A stretch of 64,000 nt of DNA from an uncultured bacterium (GTDB lineage Bacteria > Chloroflexota > UBA5177 > JANWHV01): the NCBI GenBank assembly GCA_963827235.1, contig CAWHAE010000009.1:1120001-1184000 (forward strand). The letters are read 5' to 3'. A program made the position numbers and the translations under genes. The notes under the pieces were generated by a model. That model searched no databases. It was not told the DNA's origin and was given only the letters and a program-made list of their open reading frames with translations. Below are positions 47,969-56,749 of this stretch, piece after piece. How positions within the stretch are numbered: position 1 is the first letter of the stretch; every line of letters starts with the position of its first letter.

Positions 47969-49690
47969 TCAGTCGCCGGGATCGTTCAGGCGGGCGAGAA
48001 GGCCGCGCAGGAACTGGTAGCCACCGAACACGATGGCGCCCCAGGCGACTACGTAGGTGCCGCCGGACGCGGCGGCCTGGTAGGTGACGACGGTGACGAT
48101 CGTGCCGCCGATACACCACAGCCCGCCCAGCACCATGTCGCGGTTGGCCCGCAGGCGGTAGGCGCCGGTGCGGGCCGCAGACGGGCGGTTCTCGCGCAGC
48201 GCGGTGGCGGGCGCCAGGTAGCCGACCGTGGCGGCGTCGATCCGCACCATGTGCCAGGTGCCCGACTCCTGCCGTGCTTCGCCGATGACCAGCAGGGGGG
48301 CACCGGGATCCAGGCGCAGCAGGATGCGCGAGCCGGCATCGGGCTCCTCGTAGAGCGTGGCGTCGCCGGCTACGCGTGCCGTGTAGCAGATGAAGAGCTG
48401 GGCCCCGCAGGGGATGTAGCCGGCGGGCCCGCCGTCCGGCAGCTTGACGGGACGCCAGAGCGATGCGGGGTCAAGCGCGAGGAAGGTAAACAGCTCCTGA
48501 CCCCGGGGTAGCGTGGCGATCGGATCGACGGTGTCGTCCTCCGAGTAGTAAAGGGGCGTGCCGTCAATCAGCAGGCGGGCCCGTACGGTCGGCACCGCGC
48601 GCGAGACACGAGCGCTACCTCGGCGGCCGCGCCTCCGGTAGGCGACCAGCCCGGCGACCACGAGCCCGATGGGCACGCCGCCCACGGGCCAGGTGGAGGC
48701 GCCGCTGGAGTAGCTGGTACCTGGGAGGTCCTGCTTGAAGCACGGGGCGGGCGCGATACCGCGAGCCAGGGTGTGGTTTGCCGCGTCGGCCACGGTGACC
48801 TGGGCGTCGTCTATCGAGCAACTGACTGTCTGGGTCGACTGGGTGTCGAGAATGCCGTCGTCATCGGCGGTGTCCTGGAACGAGACGGTACCGTAATCCG
48901 CACCAGAGATGGTGACACGTACGTGCTGATTGGCTGCATAGCCCGTGCCGACCACGGTCAGCGCTCCGGGCGACTCGGCCTCGCCGAGAAAGCCGGCATG
49001 GCAGACGTTTGGATGCGTCGCTTCCAGGTCGCACACGGAGGGCGGCAAGGTGTTGTAGAGGGACTCCGACGAGCTTGCGTCGAACGAGCTCAGCGTGTAG
49101 GTACTGGTATCCGAGCATTCGGGTGAGTGCCGGACGGGCGTGGCCCTATGGGTCGCGCCGTCGGCAGCGACGATGGTGGCGCTGGCCGGTTGGCAATAAT
49201 TGAGGACCATGGCGAGCAAATGCCCGGTGAGACCCGTCTGCACGGTGCTGGTGAACGTGGAGGTCCTGAGGATCGTGGTCGCGCCCTGCGCGGGTAATGC
49301 CGGAGGCGTTCCGGTCTCGCGGCGCAGATTGGCTCCTTGCAGGTTGACGGCGTAGCCGTACAGTGTCCCTCCCACGAGGTTGGTGGTAAGGGTGAGCACC
49401 GCGGTGGATCTGGGAGTGAAGCCGGCGCCCTCCACGGTAAGCAGAGCGGGGTCGTCAGTGTCGCGTGCAAGCCTGCAGAAGGTAGGCGCCGTGGCGGTGT
49501 CGAGGCAGAGCTGCGTGGTGTCGACTTTTGCAACCGTCGGGGTCGGCGCGGCGGCGTGCGCCGAGGCAGAGCCGGGGCGCGGTACGGCAGCCAGGACGAG
49601 CAGGGTTGCGACGGCGATGGTAGGGACGCGGCGTGCGATCGGTGAGAGCAGCGCGGAAAGGGTGAGAGACGGGCGTTCTGCGGCGTCCAA
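47969..49690 (-). CDS. Exported/membrane protein with internal TM, SH3-like repeats and C-terminal TM hairpin
   Basis: Signal-like N-terminus, LPGTS+TM+RRRGRR, W..V....G..GY SH3-like motifs; SD AGGAG before TTG. Confidence 0.65.
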   Translation of the reverse strand: MDAAERPSLTLSALLSPIARRVPTIAVATLLVLAAVPRPGSASAHAAAPTPTVAKVDTTQLCLDTATAPTFCRLARDTDDPALLTVEGAGFTPRSTAVLTLTTNLVGGTLYGYAVNLQGANLRRETGTPPALPAQGATTILRTSTFTSTVQTGLTGHLLAMVLNYCQPASATIVAADGATHRATPVRHSPECSDTSTYTLSSFDASSSESLYNTLPPSVCDLEATHPNVCHAGFLGEAESPGALTVVGTGYAANQHVRVTISGADYGTVSFQDTADDDGILDTQSTQTVSCSIDDAQVTVADAANHTLARGIAPAPCFKQDLPGTSYSSGASTWPVGGVPIGLVVAGLVAYRRRGRRGSARVSRAVPTVRARLLIDGTPLYYSEDDTVDPIATLPRGQELFTFLALDPASLWRPVKLPDGGPAGYIPCGAQLFICYTARVAGDATLYEEPDAGSRILLRLDPGAPLLVIGEARQESGTWHMVRIDAATVGYLAPATALRENRPSAARTGAYRLRANRDMVLGGLWCIGGTIVTVVTYQAAASGGTYVVAWGAIVFGGYQFLRGLLARLNDPGD

Positions 49691-49870
49691 GGGGCTTCTC
49701 CTAGTCCTAAGCGCGGAGGCCACGCGGGACCGCGCGGCGGCGAAGGCAACGGGCGGAGATTGGTCCTGCCGGCAGCATAGCACGGGTTGTGCAGCGCTCG
49801 GTATGAGTCGATCGGTGCAGGAGGATATAGCACGATTGGCGCGGCACACTATAGGACGATTGGTGCGTCC

Positions 49871-50893
49871 TCAGTCCCAGATCAGGCGGAGCGCGAGGCA
49901 CCCTCCGGCGGGCACCAGGGCCTCGAGACCGGTGGGCGAGCCGCCGGCAGGCGAGAGCCCCGGGAAAGGATCGGGCGCTTCCAGCACTTCTACCGACCGT
50001 GCCGGCAGGATCCAGCCGATCCGGGCCATGCGCGACTGGTGGGCGCGGTTACGCAGGCGGACGAGCGCGGCACATCCATCCGCCGCCTCGGCAAAGGATT
50101 CCAGGGCGATGCAGGATGGATCGACCGTGAGCAGCGGCCCAGCGGCGGGCAGCATTCCCTCCGCGCAGGGACGCAGGTAGGTCTGCAGCTCTCCGGCAGG
50201 CGACGCCGGGAAGTCGGCCGCGTACTCGACCGCCTGAGGCTCGAACAGCTCCGCCATGGCCGCGCGGCCTGCCTTTCTCTTGCCCGTCGCGGCACGTGGC
50301 CGCAGCAAGAGCGTGCAGTAGCTGCAGGCAGGAAGCGGCGGCAACGAGACGGCGACTCTCATAGGAACGGCGCGATGCAGGGTGATGGAGGCGCGGGTGC
50401 AGGCGGCTCGTGCCGCCAGAGTCACGGCCCGCCTTGCCGCCTCGTCGAGATCGGCGGCCTCGACGGCGTCGCCCGTTCCCACTGACACCTCGAGATTGAG
50501 CGTCTTACCGCCGGTGGCCAGGCTGACCTCCAGCACGTCGAGGCCCGGCTGCAGTCGTTCCAGCATGCGCGCCAGGGCGGTGGGCAGGTCTGCTAGCCCG
50601 GCGGGATCCAGGGTCAGCGTCCGCGGCGGGTAGCCGGCGTCGCCAATCCAGGCGTGCGGCAGGCGACGACCGCGCTCGTCCACGATCTCATAGGTCGCGG
50701 CCTCGTCGACCAGGCGCGGATGAAGGTCGATCCGGCCGCCCAGCGGCACGCAGGCCGTGTTCAGGACGCTGACGGCGATCGTGCGCGGATCCTCGGCACC
50801 GCGGATGGCACTGTTCACCCCGGCGGCCACTCGTTCCGCCAGGCGGCCTCCGGTGCTTCCCTTCCGGGAGGGAGGGTCCGTCGTGCCCGTCAC
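49871..50893 (-). CDS. GH38 alpha-mannosidase C-terminal-like protein lacking a catalytic domain
   Basis: V.N..., LPACSYCTL, ..ESFAEAADG..LVRLRN, E.LE; GTGA overlap with the upstream gene. Confidence 0.4.
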   Translation of the reverse strand: MTGTTDPPSRKGSTGGRLAERVAAGVNSAIRGAEDPRTIAVSVLNTACVPLGGRIDLHPRLVDEAATYEIVDERGRRLPHAWIGDAGYPPRTLTLDPAGLADLPTALARMLERLQPGLDVLEVSLATGGKTLNLEVSVGTGDAVEAADLDEAARRAVTLAARAACTRASITLHRAVPMRVAVSLPPLPACSYCTLLLRPRAATGKRKAGRAAMAELFEPQAVEYAADFPASPAGELQTYLRPCAEGMLPAAGPLLTVDPSCIALESFAEAADGCAALVRLRNRAHQSRMARIGWILPARSVEVLEAPDPFPGLSPAGGSPTGLEALVPAGGCLALRLIWD

Positions 50894-51750
50894 CGGGTGG
50901 ATACAATCACCGTGGGCACCGCGGCCGGATTGGCCGGGCAGCGATCCACAGCGCCGCGCCAGCAGTCCACGAGCTGCAGGATGCCGGTGCTCATGGTGGG
51001 CGGGTCGTTGTTGTCGGTCGACGGCGCGTAGATGGGTACGATGTCGGCCACGGTGTGCAGCTTCATCTGGTCGACGTAGAGCGATCGCATCAGGCTGAAC
51101 CATTCCACGGCGCCGTCGACCCAGCTGTCGTAGTAGCGATAGCCATCGCGGGAAGGCTCGTTGGACATGGGCCTCAAGTTGCCGAAGCTGTGCGTGGTCA
51201 CTGCTTCCCCCTGCGTGCCGGCGCGGCTCTCCATGACAAAGAAGGCCAGCGCCACGGCATCGTCGATGCGGTACTTTTCGCTCAGTGCGAGTATATCCTT
51301 CCCGTGGCCCTGCAGCGGGGATTGGTAGGCCGCCAGGATGCCGTTCACGCGATCGGCACTGATCGTGGGCCCGCCGTCGACGCGCAGCGGACCGCGTGGC
51401 GGCACGTAGGGCGTGAAACGAGGCTGCTCCGAGCCGTTGACGCCCGGCAGGGTGAGGTGTGCGGCGAGCCACCAGGCGAGCAGGCCGATGACCAGAACGT
51501 CGAGCACCAGCCGCGCCGGCAGGAGCAGCAGGCTCGGTTGGCGGTAGCGGTGATAGTTGCCCCTGGGGCGCTTGCGCGGAAGGAGCAGCACGGCGAGCAG
51601 GTGCCCAGCAGGGAACAGAGCGTGCAGGAGAGGGTTCCTCCGCGCTCCGGGGACCTGCCTCCTGCGCCGCGATCCGCGCGTATGCGCGGAAGGCGACGCG
51701 CGCCGCGACGGTGATTGGCGGCGACGCTCCGCCTCGCTCTGACGTCTCAC
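50890..51750 (-). CDS. Membrane-anchored glucosaminidase/lysozyme-like peptidoglycan hydrolase
   Basis: SPL.G.G..I...S.KY.ID..VALAFF..ES..GT, Y.SW.DG, YAP..D.N. Confidence 0.7.
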   Translation of the reverse strand: MRRQSEAERRRQSPSRRASPSAHTRGSRRRRQVPGARRNPLLHALFPAGHLLAVLLLPRKRPRGNYHRYRQPSLLLLPARLVLDVLVIGLLAWWLAAHLTLPGVNGSEQPRFTPYVPPRGPLRVDGGPTISADRVNGILAAYQSPLQGHGKDILALSEKYRIDDAVALAFFVMESRAGTQGEAVTTHSFGNLRPMSNEPSRDGYRYYDSWVDGAVEWFSLMRSLYVDQMKLHTVADIVPIYAPSTDNNDPPTMSTGILQLVDCWRGAVDRCPANPAAVPTVIVSTR

Positions 51751-51816
51751 ACCCTACGCCACACCGACCCGACGGAACCGTGCGAGGGTTCCATCCGAAC
51801 TACGGCTGCTCCCGCC

Positions 51817-52317
51817 CTACGGCTGGGCAAGCACCTTGATCTCCAGAATACGCGCGTCGGTGATACGGCACAGATCGCCGGGAGTGATGGGGAAGATGGC
51901 GTGCGGAGTGCCGGCGGCAGCGAACACCAGGTCGTACTGCAGCAGGTCGCGATCGATGACCACGGGCAGGGCGGACGCGTGCCCGACCGGTGGCACACCG
52001 CCGATGGCGTAGCCGGTGGCCTGGCGGACGGCGTCGGCGTTAGCCCGCTTGATCGGCACGCCGAGGGCCATGCCCAAGCGCTCGGTATCGACGCGGTTGC
52101 CTCCCGAGGTAAGGACGAGCACCATCTCGTCCCCGGCCATAAACACGAGTGACTTCACGATCCGCTCGACGGTGGTGCCGATTGCCTGGGCGGCCTCCTC
52201 GGCTGTCCGCGTGCTCTGGGCGAACTCCACGATCTCGGCCGTGATGCCCAGGCCGGCCAGGGCGCCGGCCACCCGCTTGACGGCCGGCTGTGTCGTCGCC
52301 TGCTGTACCTCACCCAC
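51817..52317 (-). CDS. YbaK/EbsC aminoacyl-tRNA deacylase family
   Basis: TRTAEEAA, IVKSLVF, TGYAIGGVPPVGH, AAGTP. Confidence 0.92.
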   Translation of the reverse strand: MGEVQQATTQPAVKRVAGALAGLGITAEIVEFAQSTRTAEEAAQAIGTTVERIVKSLVFMAGDEMVLVLTSGGNRVDTERLGMALGVPIKRANADAVRQATGYAIGGVPPVGHASALPVVIDRDLLQYDLVFAAAGTPHAIFPITPGDLCRITDARILEIKVLAQP

Positions 52318-52410
52318 GATCGTCCTTTCTCGCCGCGCCTGCACTCCTGTAGCGCTCGCAGTTCTCGCGCACTCGCTTCAGGGTAACAGGGCGAGCTTCC
52401 GGCCGCGGCC

Positions 52411-52442
52411 GGCCCGTTCCTGCCATCCCGGCAGCTGGAGGC
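52411..52442 (-). repeat. Dispersed intergenic motif, copy C
   Basis: Reverse complement reads GCCTCCAGCTGCCGGGATGGCAGGAACGGGCC. Confidence 0.6.
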
Positions 52443-52607
52443 ACCGTCGCCGTTTCCATCCACGCGGGGCCGCGATCCCCCCTTCCGCTGCCACGGGATC
52501 GCGATCGCAGGCCGCAGTCTCCCGTCCACCCACGACCAACTGCGGTGGATACGGGCCGGCCTCGCCGCAGCCGGAAGTGCCGTGCCTGAGCTCGACAGGC
52601 GCCGCGA

Positions 52608-53681
52608 TCAGGCCAGGCCCGCAGCGGCGGCCACCGCTTCCGCCGTCGCGGGAATGCGCGCCGGCTGGCCGGCCAGCGCGATGGCGAAGTCTGGATCCTT
52701 CAGGCCGTTGCCCGTCAGAATGCACACCGCGGTGGCGGCGCGGTCCAGCTCGCCCACTTCTGCCAGCTTGAACAGCCCGGCCACGCAGGCCGCCGAAGCA
52801 GGCTCGGCGAAAACACCCTCGCGCGAGGCCAGGAAGCGGTAGGCTTCGCGGATCTCCTCTTCGCTCACGGCCGTGAAGCGACCGCCCGATTCCTCTCTGG
52901 CCGCCACGGCCGTGGCGCGGCTGGCTGGGTTGCCGATGCGGATGGCGGTGGCTGCCGTGACCGGCTTCTCCACCACAATGCCTCGCACCAGCGCCGCCGA
53001 GCCCTCCGCCTGGAAACCCATCATCTTCGGCAGCGCCTGGATGCGACCTAACTCCTGGTAGCGCCGGAAGCCCTTCCAGTAGGCGGTTATGTTGCCGGCG
53101 TTGCCCATGGGCAGGCACAGGTAGTCGGGCGCCGCGCCGAGCACATCGCAGATCTCCCAGGCGCCGGTCTGCTGGCCGATCACGCGATTGGGGTTGATGT
53201 GGTTGACCAGTGTGGCGGCGCCGGTGTTGGCCAGGGCGCGCACGATGGTCAGGGCGTCGTCAAAACTGCCTTCGATTGCCACGACGTTGGCGCCATAGGC
53301 AAGCGCCTGGGCCAGCTTGCCCAGGGCAATGTAGCCGTCGGGTATGACCACCAGCGCGCGCAAGCCCGCGCGGGCGGCGTAAGCGGCAGCAGAGGCACTG
53401 GTGTTGCCGGTGGAGGCGCAGATGACCGCCTTGGCGCCGCTTTCCATGGCCTTGGCCACGGCCAGGACCATGCCGCGATCCTTGAACGATCCTGTGGGAT
53501 TGCAGCCTTCCAGCTTGAGGAATACGCGGTGCAGTCCCGTCCGGGCCTCGATGGCCTCGGCCCGGACCATGGGAGTATGCCCTTCGCCGAGGCAGATCAA
53601 GGGCGTGTCGCCGGTCAGCGGCAGGAGATCTCCGTAGGCGCGAAGGAGGCCGATTCGCTCGGCGTTGCTGGTGCTGATCAT
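52608..53681 (-). CDS. thrC: Threonine synthase
   Basis: NPTGSFKDRG, CASTGNTSAS, PMGNAGNI, TAIRIGNP, LTGNGLKDPD. Confidence 0.96.
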   Translation of the reverse strand: MISTSNAERIGLLRAYGDLLPLTGDTPLICLGEGHTPMVRAEAIEARTGLHRVFLKLEGCNPTGSFKDRGMVLAVAKAMESGAKAVICASTGNTSASAAAYAARAGLRALVVIPDGYIALGKLAQALAYGANVVAIEGSFDDALTIVRALANTGAATLVNHINPNRVIGQQTGAWEICDVLGAAPDYLCLPMGNAGNITAYWKGFRRYQELGRIQALPKMMGFQAEGSAALVRGIVVEKPVTAATAIRIGNPASRATAVAAREESGGRFTAVSEEEIREAYRFLASREGVFAEPASAACVAGLFKLAEVGELDRAATAVCILTGNGLKDPDFAIALAGQPARIPATAEAVAAAAGLA

Positions 53682-54225
53682 CTGCCGCTCTATTCCTCTC
53701 TGTGCTATGGCGCCGCTGCTGGCGACGAGCCGCCTGCGCCGGATGGCGCGCGGCGACAGTCCCGGTCCGTGCTCATCATCGTGCAGGTACGCTACCTGGG
53801 TAGACGCGCGACGCCGGTGCCCTCAGGCAAGTCGCGCACGCGAACCACGCCGACCGATCGCTACCGAGGATGCTACCCGCTGCGGCGCCGATCTGGCCAG
53901 ATGCATCCAGCCGCTTACTCCGCCGGCAGTTATCCCGGGAATCTGGTCGCGGCTCGGGCGGCAAAACGCGACATAGCTCCGCCGCCCCGCATTGCTGCCG
54001 GTGTCCTTTTCGGCCAGGCCCCAGCAAATGCGCTTGGCGGAGAACAACACTTTCCGGCCGGCAGGAGCCGTGGTTCGACGCACGGCCCGGGCAGCTCGAC
54101 GGACGAGGAGGCCGGGATGGCCGGCGGTCCCGGGCCCGCAAGACCAGCCCGTTGGGGCGATCCCGGGCCCGCCCCAGCCCGTCCGTTCCGAGAGCTGAAC
54201 GGCTCCGGCAGCGACCGGAACGAGC

Positions 54226-54254
54226 GAGACAATTCACTGTGGGTGTGATATACT
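54226..54254 (+). promoter_or_regulatory. Promoter of the basic protein-CHAD-phosphoesterase cluster
   Basis: GAGACA-N17-TATACT with TG extension. Confidence 0.55.
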
Positions 54255-54352
54255 TTAGCTCTATTGAACGCGCGGCTCATGCGGCATGTCCGGGGAGTAG
54301 CGAGAAAACGCCGGATGGGCGCTTTGCTTGCAGCAGGCGAAAGGGGCGTCAC

Positions 54353-54820
54353 ATGGCTAAGGCGGTGAAGGAAGCGGCGTCGCAAGCGGTGAAAGCGCCG
54401 AAGAGGAAGGCGCTGAAGCGCAGGCTGGACGAAGCCAAGCTGGCGCAGGCGAAAGCCCAGGAGAAAGCCGGCAAGCTTCGCGGTCGACTCGAGCGCGCCG
54501 AGTCGCGCCTGGCGAAGACGGCCGAGGACCTGGTTGCGCTGCAGTCTCTGCTCGAACAGATGCATGCGCCGGCAGAGGCCGCCCGGAATGCGCACGCGAA
54601 GCACGGGTCGCCTGCAGGCGAGCCGGCCGCGTCCAAGAAGCCCGCGTCGCCGGCCGGTACCTCGCACTCCGCCAAGTCCGCTCATGCCGCCAGGGGACGG
54701 ACGCAGAAGAATGCTGTCGACGCCAAGGCGGTTGACCCCAAGGCCAACGGCAAGCCAAGCGAGCAGGATAGCGTCGAGGCAGGGCAGCCGGCCGGCGTCG
54801 AGCCCACTCACGCGGGCTAG
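54353..54820 (+). CDS. Lys/Ala-rich coiled-coil protein with disordered tail
   Basis: MAKAVKEAASQAVKAPKRKALKRRLDEAK...; SD-like AAGGGG. Confidence 0.65.
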   Translation: MAKAVKEAASQAVKAPKRKALKRRLDEAKLAQAKAQEKAGKLRGRLERAESRLAKTAEDLVALQSLLEQMHAPAEAARNAHAKHGSPAGEPAASKKPASPAGTSHSAKSAHAARGRTQKNAVDAKAVDPKANGKPSEQDSVEAGQPAGVEPTHAG

Positions 54821-54961
54821 ATACCGCTCTGGAGGGCCGGCGCATCGGCGTAGCGGCCGCAGGGTTACGATCGTGGTGGGGCGCCCGGAGTGCGCGTGCC
54901 TTGCCACGCGTAGGTGGCTCGGCGGGATGGCTTCAGGCTGGGCCGGATCAGGGGAATAACG

Positions 54962-56016
54962 ATGGGTAGCGAAGTCCACGGCCTGCAAGCCGGGATGCCG
55001 TTCTGTGCCGCGGCCAGGCCGGCAATCGGCCAGAAGCTCGACGAGCTGTTCCAGCACGAGGCCGGCACGCGCGCCGGGGACGACGTGGAGGCGCTGCACG
55101 ATATGCGCGTGGCCTCGCGGCGTCTGCGCGCGGCCATGGACGTGTTCGGAATCTGCTACCCGGCGAGGCAGTTCAAGCCGCTGGAGAAGATGGCACGTTC
55201 GCTGACCAGGGCCCTCGGCGAGGTTCGCGACCGTGACGTGCTGATCGAAGCGTTGCGCCGCCATGGGAAGCAGGCTCCGCCTGACGAGCAGCCCGGCGTG
55301 GCCGAGCTGGTCCAGGTGCTGCGCGACGAGCGCGGGCTGCATCGCGGCGACCTGGTGGAGGCGCTGGACGCGGCCGAGCACTCCGGCTTCCGCTACAAGC
55401 TCTACGTGCTGCTGATGGGCGATGCCGGCGCGAACGCCAAGTCGCGGAAGAAGGGTCGTCTGGACCCCGGTGCCCCGCTGCAGGAGCACGCGCGGCTGAT
55501 CGCGGTGGAGCGCGTCGCGGACCTGTACGGTTTCGAGCCCTTCATCCGCGACCCGGCAAACGTCACCGAGCTGCATGAGATGCGCATCGCCGCCAAGCAT
55601 CTGCGCTACTCGCTGGAGATCTTCCGTATCTGCTTTGGCCCGGATGTGGAGGACCGCATCTCGGACATCAAGTCGATTCAAGAACAGATCGGCGAGATTC
55701 ACGACTGCGACGTGCTGATCGAGGTGCTCAAGCGCCAGCTTTCCGTGATCGCGCAACGGCTGCAGGAAGCTCTGGTTGCGCAGGCGACCGAACCCATTCC
55801 GCACGAGGAGCGCATGGCAGGGCCCGGGCGATGCTGCAGGGCGGCTCGTCGGGCGATCCGCGGCCGGGGATGCTCGCGCTGCTCAGCAGCAAGACCGACG
55901 AGCGCGCCCGCCGGTACGATGAGTTCATCGGCTGGTGGGAGGATCATCGTCGCGATAACCTGCGAGGAAAACTGTACTCGTGCATCGCGGCGGTCAACGG
56001 CGAGGCGGAGCAGTAA
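54962..56016 (+). CDS. CHAD domain (polyphosphate-binding) protein with a one-base frameshift near 55822
   Basis: DVEALHDMRVASRRLR, LGEVRDRDV, ELHEMRIAAKHLRY, QEQIGEIHDCDV; C-terminus continues in ORF 55831-56016. Confidence 0.85.
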
Positions 56017-56023
56017 CCGGCTG

Positions 56024-56744
56024 ATGCGCGTCGCCGCCTTCTCCGATACCCACGGCAACCTCCTGGGCCTGGAGGCGGTGCTGGGTGATATTGCCCGGCA
56101 CGGTCCGTTTCGACGATCTGATCGTGGCCGGGGATCTGGTCAATGGCGGACCTCGCCCGGCGGAAACACTGGCGCGCATTCGCGCCCTCGACTGCCCGGT
56201 CGTGCTCGGCAACACCGACTACTATCTCTTCGCCGATCCGACCGCCCTGGACGCGGCCGGACTGAAGGAGTCGGAGCGTGCCCAGGCTACCTGGGCGGCG
56301 CAGCAGATCGGGACCGGCGGCGTTGCTTATCTGAAGGCGTTGCCCAGGCGCCTCCACCTCTCGGGACCGGACGGCGGCATCCTGTTGGTGCACGCCAACC
56401 TCGCAGATCTCGAGCAGCACATCTCCCCGGACGAGACCGAGGCCACGCTGCTCGATCGCCTCTCGGGCATGGAGGAACGGGTGCTCGTGTTCGGACACCT
56501 GCATGTCTCCTATCAGCGCTGGGTGGGCGATCTGCTGCTGGTCGACGCGGCGAGCGCCGGCTTTCCCCGGGACGGGGATCGGCGGGCGGCTTGGGCAGAG
56601 ATCCGGCACGAGGGCACCGGCTGGGAGGCCGTTCTGCATCGCGTCGCCTACGACGTCGAGGCGGTGGCAGCCGACCTGCTCGCCTCCGGGATGCCGCGAG
56701 CGGCGAAGCGGGCGAAGGTGCTGCGCGAGGCCAGCTACACCTGA
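56024..56744 (+). CDS. YfcE-like metallophosphoesterase with a one-base frameshift near 56109
   Basis: SDTHGN in one frame; GDLV, GNTD, VHA and GHLH in the next (ccg ttt-cgac). Confidence 0.85.
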
Positions 56745-56749
56745 GCCGA

